In this document: positions 28,785-38,475 of the stretch, piece after piece
Numbering within the stretch: position 1 is the first letter of the stretch
Layout: every line of letters begins with the position of its first letter
DNA from: a virus
Taxonomy: Duplodnaviria; Caudoviricetes
Length of the DNA stretch: 64,000 bases
Direction: 5' to 3' (one strand)
Virus record (IMG/VR): IMGVR_UViG_3300021400_000103
Translations under genes and position numbers: made by a program
The notes under the pieces: generated by a model
Database searches by the model: none
What the model was told of the DNA's origin: nothing
The model's input: only the letters and a program-made list of their open reading frames with translations

Positions 28785-30137
28785 TAAAAAGTATAGCGCA
28801 CTTTATAGTGAATAAATAAACTATAATAAGAAAATTCATTCTGATTAATTGGGAAAACCTAGAAGTAGGCAACCCACAGCAAGTGTAATGGCAGCTGCAA
28901 CGACTAAGTGAATGAACGCCATATTATTATGGCGATGCGATAGTCTGAACTCACACTATAACTTAATTATGAAATGTGAGAACCGAGGTCGAGTGTAAAG
29001 ACACTCTTGGAAGCACCTCGGTCTTTTTGTTGTGTACAAAAATAGCGCACGACTGTTTTTCGTGTATGCTAATGAATATAAGCTGTACTCTTATATTCCT
29101 TTATTGAAAGGAGTAAAAATATGGCTGAAAAGATAAGTGGAATTTATAAAATTAAGAACAATATCAACGGTAAAATTTATATTGGTCAATCATCGGATAT
29201 ATATTGGAGATGGACGCATCATAAATCTGATTTAAACCACAATCGTCATCATAATAGACATTTACAAAGTGCATGGAATAAATATGGCGAAGATAATTTT
29301 TGTTTTAGCATAGTTGAAAAATGCTCAGAAAAATTATTAGATGATAAAGAAAAATATTGGGTTAATTACTTTGATTCATATAATAATGGATATAACCTTG
29401 ATTTTGGTGGGCAAGGCATTAGAGGATATAAACATACTGAAGATGAATTAAATAAAATGCATAGAATTCAAAAACCCAAAATTGTTTTGCAATTTGATTT
29501 AAATTTTAATCTGTTAAAAGAATGGATTGGTGGAGTATCTCATATAAAAAAGGAATTAGGATATACAAAAGAATGTATTCTGTTAAGATGCGAACATACA
29601 ATTTTAAATAAAATGACTTCATATAAAAATAGTTATTGGATATATAAAGAGGAATATGATTCTTCGAAATTTGAATGGGATAAATATTTTTCAAATATAC
29701 GAACATGGGATGAAATTCCAATATATCAATATAATACAAAACATGAATTAATAAAAATTTGGAATAATCATTTTGAACTAAAAGAAGCTGGTTATAAAGT
29801 TACTTCAATTCTAAGAATATGTAATCATGACGGTACTCAGAAAATATATAAAGATAGTATATGGGCATACGAGGGTTATGATTTTTCAGATGGTTATTTT
29901 GGAATAGGTGAATATAAAAAAGGAATTCATAATTGTAGAAAAGTAGGAATGATGAATACAAAAGATGGAGATATAATAAAAAAATTTAATTCAATTAGTG
30001 AAGCATGTATTTTTCTTAATAAACCTGTAAAATTTAGAGGTAATATAGTTCAATCTATTAGTAAAAATCAACAATCCGCTGGTTATTATTGGATATACTT
30101 AGATTAAAATAATACACAACAAAATGTAACAAAATTG
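28785..30137 (+). mobile_element. group I intron in terL
   Basis: P1 GTGCGT/GCGCAC with U.G; P10 AAGTAT/ATACTT; R CAACGACTAAG, S GATAGTCT; terminal G30137; splicing restores HDDRAY. Confidence 0.9.
29121..30107 (+). CDS. GIY-YIG homing endonuclease (intron-encoded)
   Basis: SGIYKIKN...IYIGQS...R; NUMOD1-like repeats; enclosed by 12-bp stem 29025-29036/30113-30124. Confidence 0.9.
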   Translation: MAEKISGIYKIKNNINGKIYIGQSSDIYWRWTHHKSDLNHNRHHNRHLQSAWNKYGEDNFCFSIVEKCSEKLLDDKEKYWVNYFDSYNNGYNLDFGGQGIRGYKHTEDELNKMHRIQKPKIVLQFDLNFNLLKEWIGGVSHIKKELGYTKECILLRCEHTILNKMTSYKNSYWIYKEEYDSSKFEWDKYFSNIRTWDEIPIYQYNTKHELIKIWNNHFELKEAGYKVTSILRICNHDGTQKIYKDSIWAYEGYDFSDGYFGIGEYKKGIHNCRKVGMMNTKDGDIIKKFNSISEACIFLNKPVKFRGNIVQSISKNQQSAGYYWIYLD

Positions 30138-30277
30138 ATACTTGTTGTATGCTTGGGCATGCATTAGCCGAAGAAAGGCGAAAACTTCTTTTACAAAAAC
30201 CTAAAACTAACTCTTCTGATTTACTTCAAAAACTTGCCTCCACAATTCATGGCGGTTTAGTAACAAATAGAAAATGA
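30138..30277 (+). CDS. terL: terminase large subunit, exon 2
   Basis: (Y)TCCMLGHALAEERRK...NRK* in frame after splicing. Confidence 0.85.
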
Positions 30278-30290
30278 AAGGAGACGCATA

Positions 30291-31901
30291 ATGGCGCAGA
30301 AAAAGGAAATTGACGCAAAGAGCGTCTCAAATAAACCAGTCGCTACGGTAAAAAATACTGTTGGCAGACAAAATCAAACTGTAGCGGCAATTAGAGAACA
30401 ATTTAAACTTGAAGAAGAACGACAGATTAAAATGTACGCCAATGCTAAAGAAGATAAAGTTATGCGTACTATACGAGATATATCTCAAAATATGAGTACT
30501 CCTACAATCACGACTATTAATAGAGATATGATTCGTGGTTATTTAACCGGAAATATATATGCTAACTCGAAAAATTTGATTAATGCCAGTAGATACTTAT
30601 TTTATAGATCACCAATCTATAATAAGATGATTTATACGATTGCTGGTATGTATTGTTTAGATGCGCGGATGATTACTCCAGATTATTCGTTTGTTAAAGG
30701 TATGGATTATTCTAAGTCACTAAAACAATATGAAGATACGCTTAATTTTTTGGACATAATTAGTCTCCAAAATAATATGAATCCTGTATTGGTTAATACT
30801 TGGGTAGATGATATATCTTTTAATATATTTTTCCATGATGATGACGGCTCTACGTTTTGGCATATTGATCCAAATGAAGCTATGATTGATAGTATATATA
30901 TGTATCGCGGAGGATGGTGTTATGGTTTTGCTATAGATATGTCAAAGTGGAGGTCGGCTCAAAAACAACAGTTGATTGAATGGTTAGGAGAACCTTTGGT
31001 GTCAATGCAGAAGGAATACAAACAAACTGGAATTAAATATGTTCATGTTCCGGCTGAATACAGCATGGTATTAAAATTTCATACAGATATGATGGATGCT
31101 ATTATCCCTCCGATGTTGCATAATTTTATGCCGTTAGCAAATTTAAATGATTTGACGGACACACAGGCATCAGCAGATCAGCTCAGTTTTTATCGTATGA
31201 TATATATGCCACTTCCAACAATGTCCGGCGCAAAAAATCCAGATGAGTTTGAAGTAACGCCTGATTTAGCAATAGACTATTTTAAGATTGCAAAAGACAA
31301 TGCAATTCCATCCGGTATATCAAGTGCTGTAATTCCCGGCAAAGAATTAAAGACCATTGATTTTTCAGATAACGTTTCTGAAGATGTTAATCGAGTAGAA
31401 AATTCTCAACAACAAATTCTTGGTTCAACAGGTGGTATAGGTGCATTACTTAACGGAAACAAGTTGGTTAATAATTCCGCATTAATTAAGGCAGCGCTTA
31501 AATCAGAATCAGCCTATGTATTAAATAGTATTTTGCCTCAGATTGAAACGTGGACAAATTTACAGTTATATCTTAATATATCTCAACCATGTACTATTAA
31601 TCTTCTTCCTGTTACGATCCATACTAAGGAAGATTATCAGAAGTCGTTACTTGAAGCTAATCAATATAGTTTTTCATATAGATTGGCATATGGTACATTG
31701 ATGAATATTTCGGAACGAGAAACAATGGCTCAACTTATGTTTGAGACTCAAGCACTCAAGCTACAAGATCTTATGAAATATCCGCTCCAAAGTTCTTATA
31801 CTACAAGTAACGACGGAGAAAAAGGAACAGTGGGCGATGGTGCTCCAGAGAAGACTCCAGAAGATCTTAGTCCGAGCGGAGATAGATCCCGAAATAGATA
31901 A
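30291..31901 (+). CDS. portal protein
   Basis: 536 aa directly after TerL; SRYLFYRSPIY; SPbeta-like synteny. Confidence 0.8.
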   Translation: MAQKKEIDAKSVSNKPVATVKNTVGRQNQTVAAIREQFKLEEERQIKMYANAKEDKVMRTIRDISQNMSTPTITTINRDMIRGYLTGNIYANSKNLINASRYLFYRSPIYNKMIYTIAGMYCLDARMITPDYSFVKGMDYSKSLKQYEDTLNFLDIISLQNNMNPVLVNTWVDDISFNIFFHDDDGSTFWHIDPNEAMIDSIYMYRGGWCYGFAIDMSKWRSAQKQQLIEWLGEPLVSMQKEYKQTGIKYVHVPAEYSMVLKFHTDMMDAIIPPMLHNFMPLANLNDLTDTQASADQLSFYRMIYMPLPTMSGAKNPDEFEVTPDLAIDYFKIAKDNAIPSGISSAVIPGKELKTIDFSDNVSEDVNRVENSQQQILGSTGGIGALLNGNKLVNNSALIKAALKSESAYVLNSILPQIETWTNLQLYLNISQPCTINLLPVTIHTKEDYQKSLLEANQYSFSYRLAYGTLMNISERETMAQLMFETQALKLQDLMKYPLQSSYTTSNDGEKGTVGDGAPEKTPEDLSPSGDRSRNR

Positions 31902-31999
31902 CATCTAAATTCTCGCCAATCCCCTATTTATGCGGTCTCACCGAGATTTAGATGCTCCCAAAACAGCAAAAATATAGTTATCTAATTCCCAACCAAATA

Positions 32000-32625
32000 A
32001 TCAGAACATTTGATCGTTTCTAAGCAGCCCGTCTGGTGGCGTGGGAATTATATAGGAGTCGGCTCCCTCAACCGGCAGTACCGAGGTAAGCGAAGTTGCC
32101 GTAATGCGCAATAACTCTACTGGTGGGAAATCTCGTCCACCTTAAAATATAAGTGAGAGCTTTAGTAGTCATTTAGCGTGGCGGCGAAGTGTGCGGAGAA
32201 ATCCAAGGACGGTGCGGTAGGTGTTCCACGACCTATGCTACAATAGTGGATTATTATGAACGAAAAGCCAAAGGTTTTTCAGCGGTATCGATGTTTATAT
32301 CAATGCCGTTCTTTTCATTTTCTGCGAAAACCGGAAAATAGGTCGAAAGGTTAAAACGGTAAACGTTATGTAATCATATTGGTTACTTGTCGGCATGGAG
32401 ACGTTAAACCCAATGCAAGTGGATTGCGGATATCCTAAATCCGTTAAATCAAACAGAACCCCGTGGAACGAGGAACTCCATGACATATTAAGCCTCTTAA
32501 TTAGAACGACAGTTACGAGTACTGGGAAAAACGTAGTGCTATTTACACTAGGTTTAAAAACGCTTCGCCCTGGGGAATGGCGGATTGACAACAACAGAGA
32601 GAACCGTATTGATTACGGTTGAGGA
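32000..32625 (+). ncRNA. candidate large structured ncRNA
   Basis: Long-range helices 32183-32192/32560-32569, 32168-32174/32575-32581, 32394-32400/32476-32482; 8-bp pseudoknot 32223-32230/32462-32469. Confidence 0.7.
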
Positions 32626-32675
32626 CGAGAGTAATTATGCTCTCGTCCTTATTAATTATGAAAAGGAATGATTAG

Positions 32676-32858
32676 ATGGAAACTAATTTCATTTTAACAC
32701 AAGATCAAAAAACTAAAGATGAATTTGTAGCTGCCGGATTAACACTTGTTCAAGAAGTCGGTAACTCGTATTTGTTTTTGAATGAAAAGGCGAGGTTAAA
32801 GTTTGCTAAAGGTCGAGATGATCTGAAGTATACTTTTACTAATATGATGATGTTTTAG
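32676..32858 (+). CDS. small hypothetical protein
   Basis: ORF with RBS. Confidence 0.7.
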   Translation: METNFILTQDQKTKDEFVAAGLTLVQEVGNSYLFLNEKARLKFAKGRDDLKYTFTNMMMF

Positions 32859-32872
32859 AAAGGAGGTATGAG

Positions 32873-34651
32873 GTGAAGAGACTCTTATATCTCGAAGACT
32901 TGTGGAAATTTTATGCAAGTCAAAATAAAAATGTTAAATTCAGTTCTCGAGATAGCGATACAACTATCGTTGTTCACATAAATGAACCATTCTCATTTAG
33001 TGAACAAACAGATGACGAACTTAATTTGTACGCTCCTATTCGTCTTTGTCATATAGATAAAAATGCTAATAATTCGTCTATATCAGAAAAGGCGATGAAA
33101 GACGCTATGTCGACAGCTTATGAAATGCCGTTGCTTGCGTATATATATCCAGATCCTGACAATGAGGAGCAATACACGTTTGCTGGGCATGAATTCTACG
33201 TTGATGATAATAACGAGATGGTTTATGAGGAAGCTCCGGTGGGCGTAATTAGTACAAAGCAGAAATTGGAACTTGTGTATGATGCCGAATCCGACAAAAC
33301 ATACCTTGATGGTTTGGCAAAAGTTTGGCGTACATATACAAAGGCAGCTGAAATATTAGAACGCGAAAAGAAATTTTCTGTGTCGGTAGAAATAGCTGTT
33401 GATGATTTAGCTTATTCAGCAAAGGATAAGGTGCTTGTTATTAATGCATTCAGATTTATGGGAGTTACAATCTTAGGAAAGTCGCGCACCGATGGTTCTG
33501 AAATAAAACCAGGGATGACTGGATCTAATATTAGTATTGAGGATTTCAGCGAGAAGAACAATAGCATCTTCTCACAGAATGACAAAGTTATTGAGATGTT
33601 GTCTGCACTCAATGAGAAGATAGACAATCTTAATATAGACAAAAACTTTAGAAAGGAGGAAGAAAATCTCGTGAAGAAGGAATTTAAAGAAACACCAGAA
33701 GCTGAGGTTAAGGATACTCCTGCCGAAGTTTTTGAAGACGATCCGAAGAAAAAGAAGAAAGTCGATGATGATGATGTTGCACCCGTAGATCCAGATGATG
33801 GTGGGGACGAGTCCGGTGATGATGATCCGAAGGACGATAAGCCTACGGATGATAATCCGAAGGATGATGATCCGAAGGATGATAATCAGAACACTGACGA
33901 TAATCCTACTGGTGGAGACAATTCAGCCGAAGAGACTCCTGAAGGCGAAAATGAATCCCATGGTTCTGAGGATGATGAGTCTGGCACTGGTAATGAAGGC
34001 GATAACGGAGAAGATGTTAATTACTACTCTGCTACCGTTACTCGTGGTGATTTAACCAAGACTTTTGCAATTTCTCTCGAAGATAAGCAGATGGCCATTC
34101 TTGAGCTAGTTAACGCTACATATGGAGAAGTTGATGATGACTGGTATAACGTTATTGTTTATGAAGAGCCTCGTAAGGAAGTCGTATTCTACAGTTGGTG
34201 GTCTGGTAATGCCTATAGACAGTCTTACAAAGTTAAGAAGAACGAATATACGCTTGAGGGTGAGAGAGTTCCTGTACATGCACTCTATGTGACAGACGAT
34301 GAGGAAAATGTTATCGAGAGTATGCGTTCTAACTACTCTGCTATTGAAACCGAGTTAGCTCAGTATAAAGCAGAACCTGAGAAGGAAGCTGTTCTTGCCG
34401 AGGAGTGCTATTCTCAGATCAAGGATACCGATGCTTATAAGGCACTCGCTGAGAAGGATGCTCACTTCTCCATGTCTGTGGATGAAGTACGTGCAGAGCT
34501 GGATAAACAGTTACTTGAGTATGCCAAGGGACATGAAATCAAGTTTTCATCTAAAGAACCTGAGAAGAAACAGGTTGGTATGAAATTGTTTGGTAATCCA
34601 TCAAAGAAAACTGGCAAGACTGGTAGATACGGTGGATTATTTAGCAAATAA
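32873..34651 (+). CDS. prohead protease/scaffold protein
   Basis: Position between portal and capsid; VSVEI motif; acidic low-complexity linker. Confidence 0.7.
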   Translation: MKRLLYLEDLWKFYASQNKNVKFSSRDSDTTIVVHINEPFSFSEQTDDELNLYAPIRLCHIDKNANNSSISEKAMKDAMSTAYEMPLLAYIYPDPDNEEQYTFAGHEFYVDDNNEMVYEEAPVGVISTKQKLELVYDAESDKTYLDGLAKVWRTYTKAAEILEREKKFSVSVEIAVDDLAYSAKDKVLVINAFRFMGVTILGKSRTDGSEIKPGMTGSNISIEDFSEKNNSIFSQNDKVIEMLSALNEKIDNLNIDKNFRKEEENLVKKEFKETPEAEVKDTPAEVFEDDPKKKKKVDDDDVAPVDPDDGGDESGDDDPKDDKPTDDNPKDDDPKDDNQNTDDNPTGGDNSAEETPEGENESHGSEDDESGTGNEGDNGEDVNYYSATVTRGDLTKTFAISLEDKQMAILELVNATYGEVDDDWYNVIVYEEPRKEVVFYSWWSGNAYRQSYKVKKNEYTLEGERVPVHALYVTDDEENVIESMRSNYSAIETELAQYKAEPEKEAVLAEECYSQIKDTDAYKALAEKDAHFSMSVDEVRAELDKQLLEYAKGHEIKFSSKEPEKKQVGMKLFGNPSKKTGKTGRYGGLFSK

Positions 34652-34865
34652 AAATGTGGTGAGACTGTTAGTCTCATAAAGAACATTGCGGGTAAGTTGC
34701 CCGGTTCTACTTCTATATGGAGGTTTGTCGGATAATTACCGATCACCTCTTTAAATGACTTAGGAGATTGCAGAATGCGGTCTCTTATTTTTATGGTGCT
34801 CGATGTGAATCGATAATAAATCCATAACAATTATTATTTCGAAAATACGAAAGGAGATTATAGCA

Positions 34866-35342
34866 ATGGCTGTTGATATTTCAAAAAACAATAACCATAT
34901 TATTGTATTCCCTACATTTGTAGCAAGTGCGATGGGGCAGTATGGTCATATTATTAACCTTGTAATGCAAGCAAATACAGATAATGGAACACTTGCAACT
35001 AAGGGTGCATATGTAAAATTTGAGCAGTATAAGGCTGCCGCTGTTGCCGCTAATGCGGTTGAAGTAACTGTAAGAGAGAAGGCTGCTGAGAAGGATTGTT
35101 GGATTGTAGAATTTACAAAACTTCCGAGTGATCCGGTATTCCTTGTATATAACACTCCGAAGAGTCCGTATCCCGAGCAGGAACTTAGAGAAGAAGGATT
35201 ATTTTACAATGAAACTGGCGATGTAACACAGGGTATGGAACTTCATATTGGTGATTGCATCTCGCTTTCCTCTAGTGCGTTTACTGGAACGATTGCCGAT
35301 GGTGCTGTTGCAGTGTATACCGCTGGCAAGTATGTGATCTAA
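34866..35342 (+). CDS. head decoration/capsid-associated protein
   Basis: Position directly before the major capsid gene. Confidence 0.55.
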   Translation: MAVDISKNNNHIIVFPTFVASAMGQYGHIINLVMQANTDNGTLATKGAYVKFEQYKAAAVAANAVEVTVREKAAEKDCWIVEFTKLPSDPVFLVYNTPKSPYPEQELREEGLFYNETGDVTQGMELHIGDCISLSSSAFTGTIADGAVAVYTAGKYVI

Positions 35343-35363
35343 TAGAAAGGAGGGAATAACACT

Positions 35364-36476
35364 ATGAAGAAGTTTGGTACTCATACAATGGCTGTATTTT
35401 CAGATATGAATACAAATTATGATGAAATGAACAATCTTATGCAGGATCTTGCTCTTGGCCGTGAGATTTATGATGACGAGAATGATAGAGTAATTTCAAA
35501 GGCCGAAGCAAACAAGAAGGTTCTTGATTTCTCTCACAAGGTACTTGGTATTACCGATCCGAGAGACGTTAGAGAAGTTAGACGCGCAATGCGTGATAAC
35601 TCTCGTGAGTGGTTTGACATTATTGAGGATACCGTATCTATGGTAATCGAGGTTGGACTGAAGGAGTCTGATTGGTTCAATGAGCTTGTTGAGCGTAAGA
35701 GTATTGCTTATGGTGATAGACAGGATTTCGTTATTGAGCGTCCTGATGCTATTCTGTCCGTAGCAAAGGCTGGTGAGCAGCACAACGATCACTTCCTCCA
35801 GAGACTGAGAAAGGGAGAGACAATCTCCGTTCCTACAAGTCTGTGGGCAGTAAAGGTTGGTGCTGACATCAACAAGTACATCCTCGGTGATGTAGACTGG
35901 GCAAAGTTTGTTAATGCAATTGCTATCGCATTTACAAATCAGATTCAGACTCAGGTATATGCAGAGGTTGGTACTGCAATCAGCCAGCTTCCTACACGTT
36001 TCAAGGGTACTGGTACTCTTGTAAAGGCTGACTTTGATAACATCATTCAGGACGTTGCAGCTTACAACTCCAGCGAGGTTGTTATCATGGGTACAAAGGC
36101 TGCACTGTCCAAGCTGTCTGCAATTGCAGATGTACAGTGGGCACCCGCAGAGCAGAAGGTATCTGTTATGAATAGTGGTAATATTGGTATCTACGAGGGT
36201 ACAAGACTTGTTACTATTCCGACAAGATTTAAGGATTATAACCTTGGTAATGTATCTCAGCCTTCCGATTTTATCTTCCCGACAAACGAGATTCTTATCA
36301 TGCCTGTTATTGGCGATGCTGGAAAATTCGTTAAGATGATTGACGAAGGTGATGTTGAAATCATTGAAAAGATGGAGAAGGGTGATTATCTCAGCGATCT
36401 TCAGACCTATCAGGCACAGAGACGCTATGGTATCGCTACGGTTCTTGGCCGCTACTTCGGCTCTTGGATTATGTAA
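35364..36476 (+). CDS. major capsid protein
   Basis: 370 aa, strongly biased codon usage, position, followed by a terminator. Confidence 0.8.
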   Translation: MKKFGTHTMAVFSDMNTNYDEMNNLMQDLALGREIYDDENDRVISKAEANKKVLDFSHKVLGITDPRDVREVRRAMRDNSREWFDIIEDTVSMVIEVGLKESDWFNELVERKSIAYGDRQDFVIERPDAILSVAKAGEQHNDHFLQRLRKGETISVPTSLWAVKVGADINKYILGDVDWAKFVNAIAIAFTNQIQTQVYAEVGTAISQLPTRFKGTGTLVKADFDNIIQDVAAYNSSEVVIMGTKAALSKLSAIADVQWAPAEQKVSVMNSGNIGIYEGTRLVTIPTRFKDYNLGNVSQPSDFIFPTNEILIMPVIGDAGKFVKMIDEGDVEIIEKMEKGDYLSDLQTYQAQRRYGIATVLGRYFGSWIM

Positions 36477-36486
36477 TAGCAATTAT

Positions 36487-36515
36487 TAGGAGAGGTTCAT
36501 TCCTCTCCTATTTTT
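36487..36515 (+). terminator. intrinsic terminator
   Basis: TAGGAGAGG/CCTCTCCTA plus T tract. Confidence 0.75.
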
Positions 36516-36537
36516 ATGAATAAAAGGAGAAAATAAA

Positions 36538-37074
36538 ATGGCAAGAACAATGCAAAGAAAGGTTGTGACGGAAACGGAACAACCAGTAAAAGAAAATGTT
36601 CAGAAGAAAACATTTGACCAGAGTGACGGTATTCTTTGTGCTTCAATCACTCAAGGCATTCTTAATGTTGAGGGTGCACGAACAAAGATGATTTATCGTT
36701 TTTCTGATTATGGTGATGAAACAGAAATTGAGTATAGAGATTTGGTTGGAATGATCCGGTCTAAAGATAAGTCGGTATTTGAGCCTCGTTTTGTTGTGGT
36801 AGACGAGGATTTTATTGCAGAGTATCCTGCGCTTAAGAAATTCTATGATGATGAGTTTTCATTGCAGAATATTAAAAGTATTCTAGATTTGCCAAATGAC
36901 AAGATGGTAGAGGCGATTAAGAAACTGCCGACAGGTGCATTAAATTCTCTCAAATCTATTGCTGCTGAACAGGTTTATACTGGTGAAATTGACTCGGTTC
37001 GTAAAATTAAAGCTCTCGATTCTGCTTTTGGAACTGATCTGAATCTTATTGGCGAACTGTTTTCAGAACAGTAA
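36538..37074 (+). CDS. virion morphogenesis protein
   Basis: Synteny after the capsid gene. Confidence 0.6.
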   Translation: MARTMQRKVVTETEQPVKENVQKKTFDQSDGILCASITQGILNVEGARTKMIYRFSDYGDETEIEYRDLVGMIRSKDKSVFEPRFVVVDEDFIAEYPALKKFYDDEFSLQNIKSILDLPNDKMVEAIKKLPTGALNSLKSIAAEQVYTGEIDSVRKIKALDSAFGTDLNLIGELFSEQ

Positions 37075-37091
37075 TTTAAGGGAGGTGTACT

Positions 37092-37553
37092 ATGACCTCT
37101 ACTTACAATGATATTTATTCAAGATTCCTAATTAAAATACGGGACTATGAGTTTGCGGGATTACCCGAACCCAATGCTACTGAGCAGATGTTAGAATGGC
37201 TTCGCTCTGCTCTAAGCCAGCCGTATATAAATAGAATCTTTGCCACATTCTCGGCAGATGATGAAATTGCCGAACTTGAATATACTCTTACTACTTCCGT
37301 TAATGAATATACAGATAAAAACTTTGTTGAGGAATTACTTAGTTATCAAATGGTAGTTGCTTGGGTCACACCCAAGGTACAGACCACTACCTTACTCCAT
37401 CAGATGGTGACCAATAGTAAGGAGGCTAAGTATTACTCCCAGGCAGCACATATTACCGAGCTTCGAGGTTTATTGGAAGATGCCGAAAACAAAGTTAGAT
37501 CAATGCTAAGGGATAAGGGTTACATCTATAACTCTTACTTGGGTAATGTCTAA
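37092..37553 (+). CDS. head-tail adaptor-like protein
   Basis: MTSTYNDIYSRFL..I.DY N-terminus; synteny. Confidence 0.6.
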   Translation: MTSTYNDIYSRFLIKIRDYEFAGLPEPNATEQMLEWLRSALSQPYINRIFATFSADDEIAELEYTLTTSVNEYTDKNFVEELLSYQMVVAWVTPKVQTTTLLHQMVTNSKEAKYYSQAAHITELRGLLEDAENKVRSMLRDKGYIYNSYLGNV

Positions 37554-37921
37554 TGGTGCCCTATAAGTATGGTGAGTTTGCAGATATGCAACTCACGGAA
37601 GTAACGGAAATACTACGTAAGCGTATATTCTTTCTGCTTCTTGTAGCAGAAGATCTGGAGACCAAAGAACGGTTTCCTGATGTTAATTTAGAGACGGCTA
37701 ATACTACCCTGCTTTGGAAAATATCAGGACTCAATGAGTTGCTTGGTGAACCTCCAGAGTTGGTAACAGTACTTAGTCTACTCGAAGAAGCCAAATCAAC
37801 GATAAAACATGACTTTGATTTTGCAAAGTATCGCAAGTTAATACTGGACGCTGGTAACGAAATCACCAAGATTTCACCACGCTATAAATCTCAAAGTGCA
37901 AAAATTGCACCTCAAGAATAG
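37553..37921 (+). CDS. hypothetical protein
   Basis: Translationally coupled ORF. Confidence 0.7.
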   Translation: MVPYKYGEFADMQLTEVTEILRKRIFFLLLVAEDLETKERFPDVNLETANTTLLWKISGLNELLGEPPELVTVLSLLEEAKSTIKHDFDFAKYRKLILDAGNEITKISPRYKSQSAKIAPQE

Positions 37922-37934
37922 GAGGTGTTGCAAT

Positions 37935-38475
37935 ATGAATTTTAATGATTATAAGCGTAGTCTTGGTATTGTCGGTGTTCATACTAATGGGCAACGTCAT
38001 AGTTATGAAGCACAGGGTGTGATTGAGAATACCTGGTATGACGATCCGGCAAGTATGATAGCGTATGTCTATGACTATTATCACGATGATGAGGTAGACA
38101 AGAATGTTGGGATGCATCCTGAGTGTTCAAAAACAAAAACACCAGTAGAAATAAAATATATAATTTCAGCGTATCAATCTCTTTCGAAAGATACTGTCGA
38201 TTATAGAATAATGTTCAAACCATCGTATAAGTGTAATGTACCGTATTATAAAGAAGCTTTTGAAGAAACTTGTCATAGCGAATATCCTTTAGGAATGTAT
38301 CTTGATATTCAAGACGAGAAAGGTATTTGGCGCAAATGGTTAGTTGTTGCAGAAGCTAATAAGTATAATGGAGATTTTCCTAATTGGTCTATTCTCCCAT
38401 GTACCTATAGATATTGTTGGGTACACGACGGGAAGAAATATAAAATGTGGGGTGCGCCACGCTCCCAGAATTCGT
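37935..38475 (+). CDS. head-tail joining/closure protein, exon 1
   Basis: Ends RSQNS at the intron. Confidence 0.75.

Noticed and set aside
32295-32622. ORFs 32295-32594 (-) and 32395-32622 (+)
   Set aside because: No RBS, atypical composition, and they overlap the paired RNA helices.
32190-32652. Group II intron (GTGCG start, GAACCGTA..TACGGTT D5-like hairpin, ending AT) or RNase P (ACAGAACCC, GAGGAA..TCCATG)
   Set aside because: The D5-like stem is too short and lacks the bulge, no gene is interrupted, and the RNase P-like pieces are in the wrong order with no P4 partner.
35496-36482. 328-aa antisense ORF, and the many other opposite-strand or alternate-frame ORFs in the track
   Set aside because: Shadows of strongly codon-biased genes; no RBS and no recognisable motifs.
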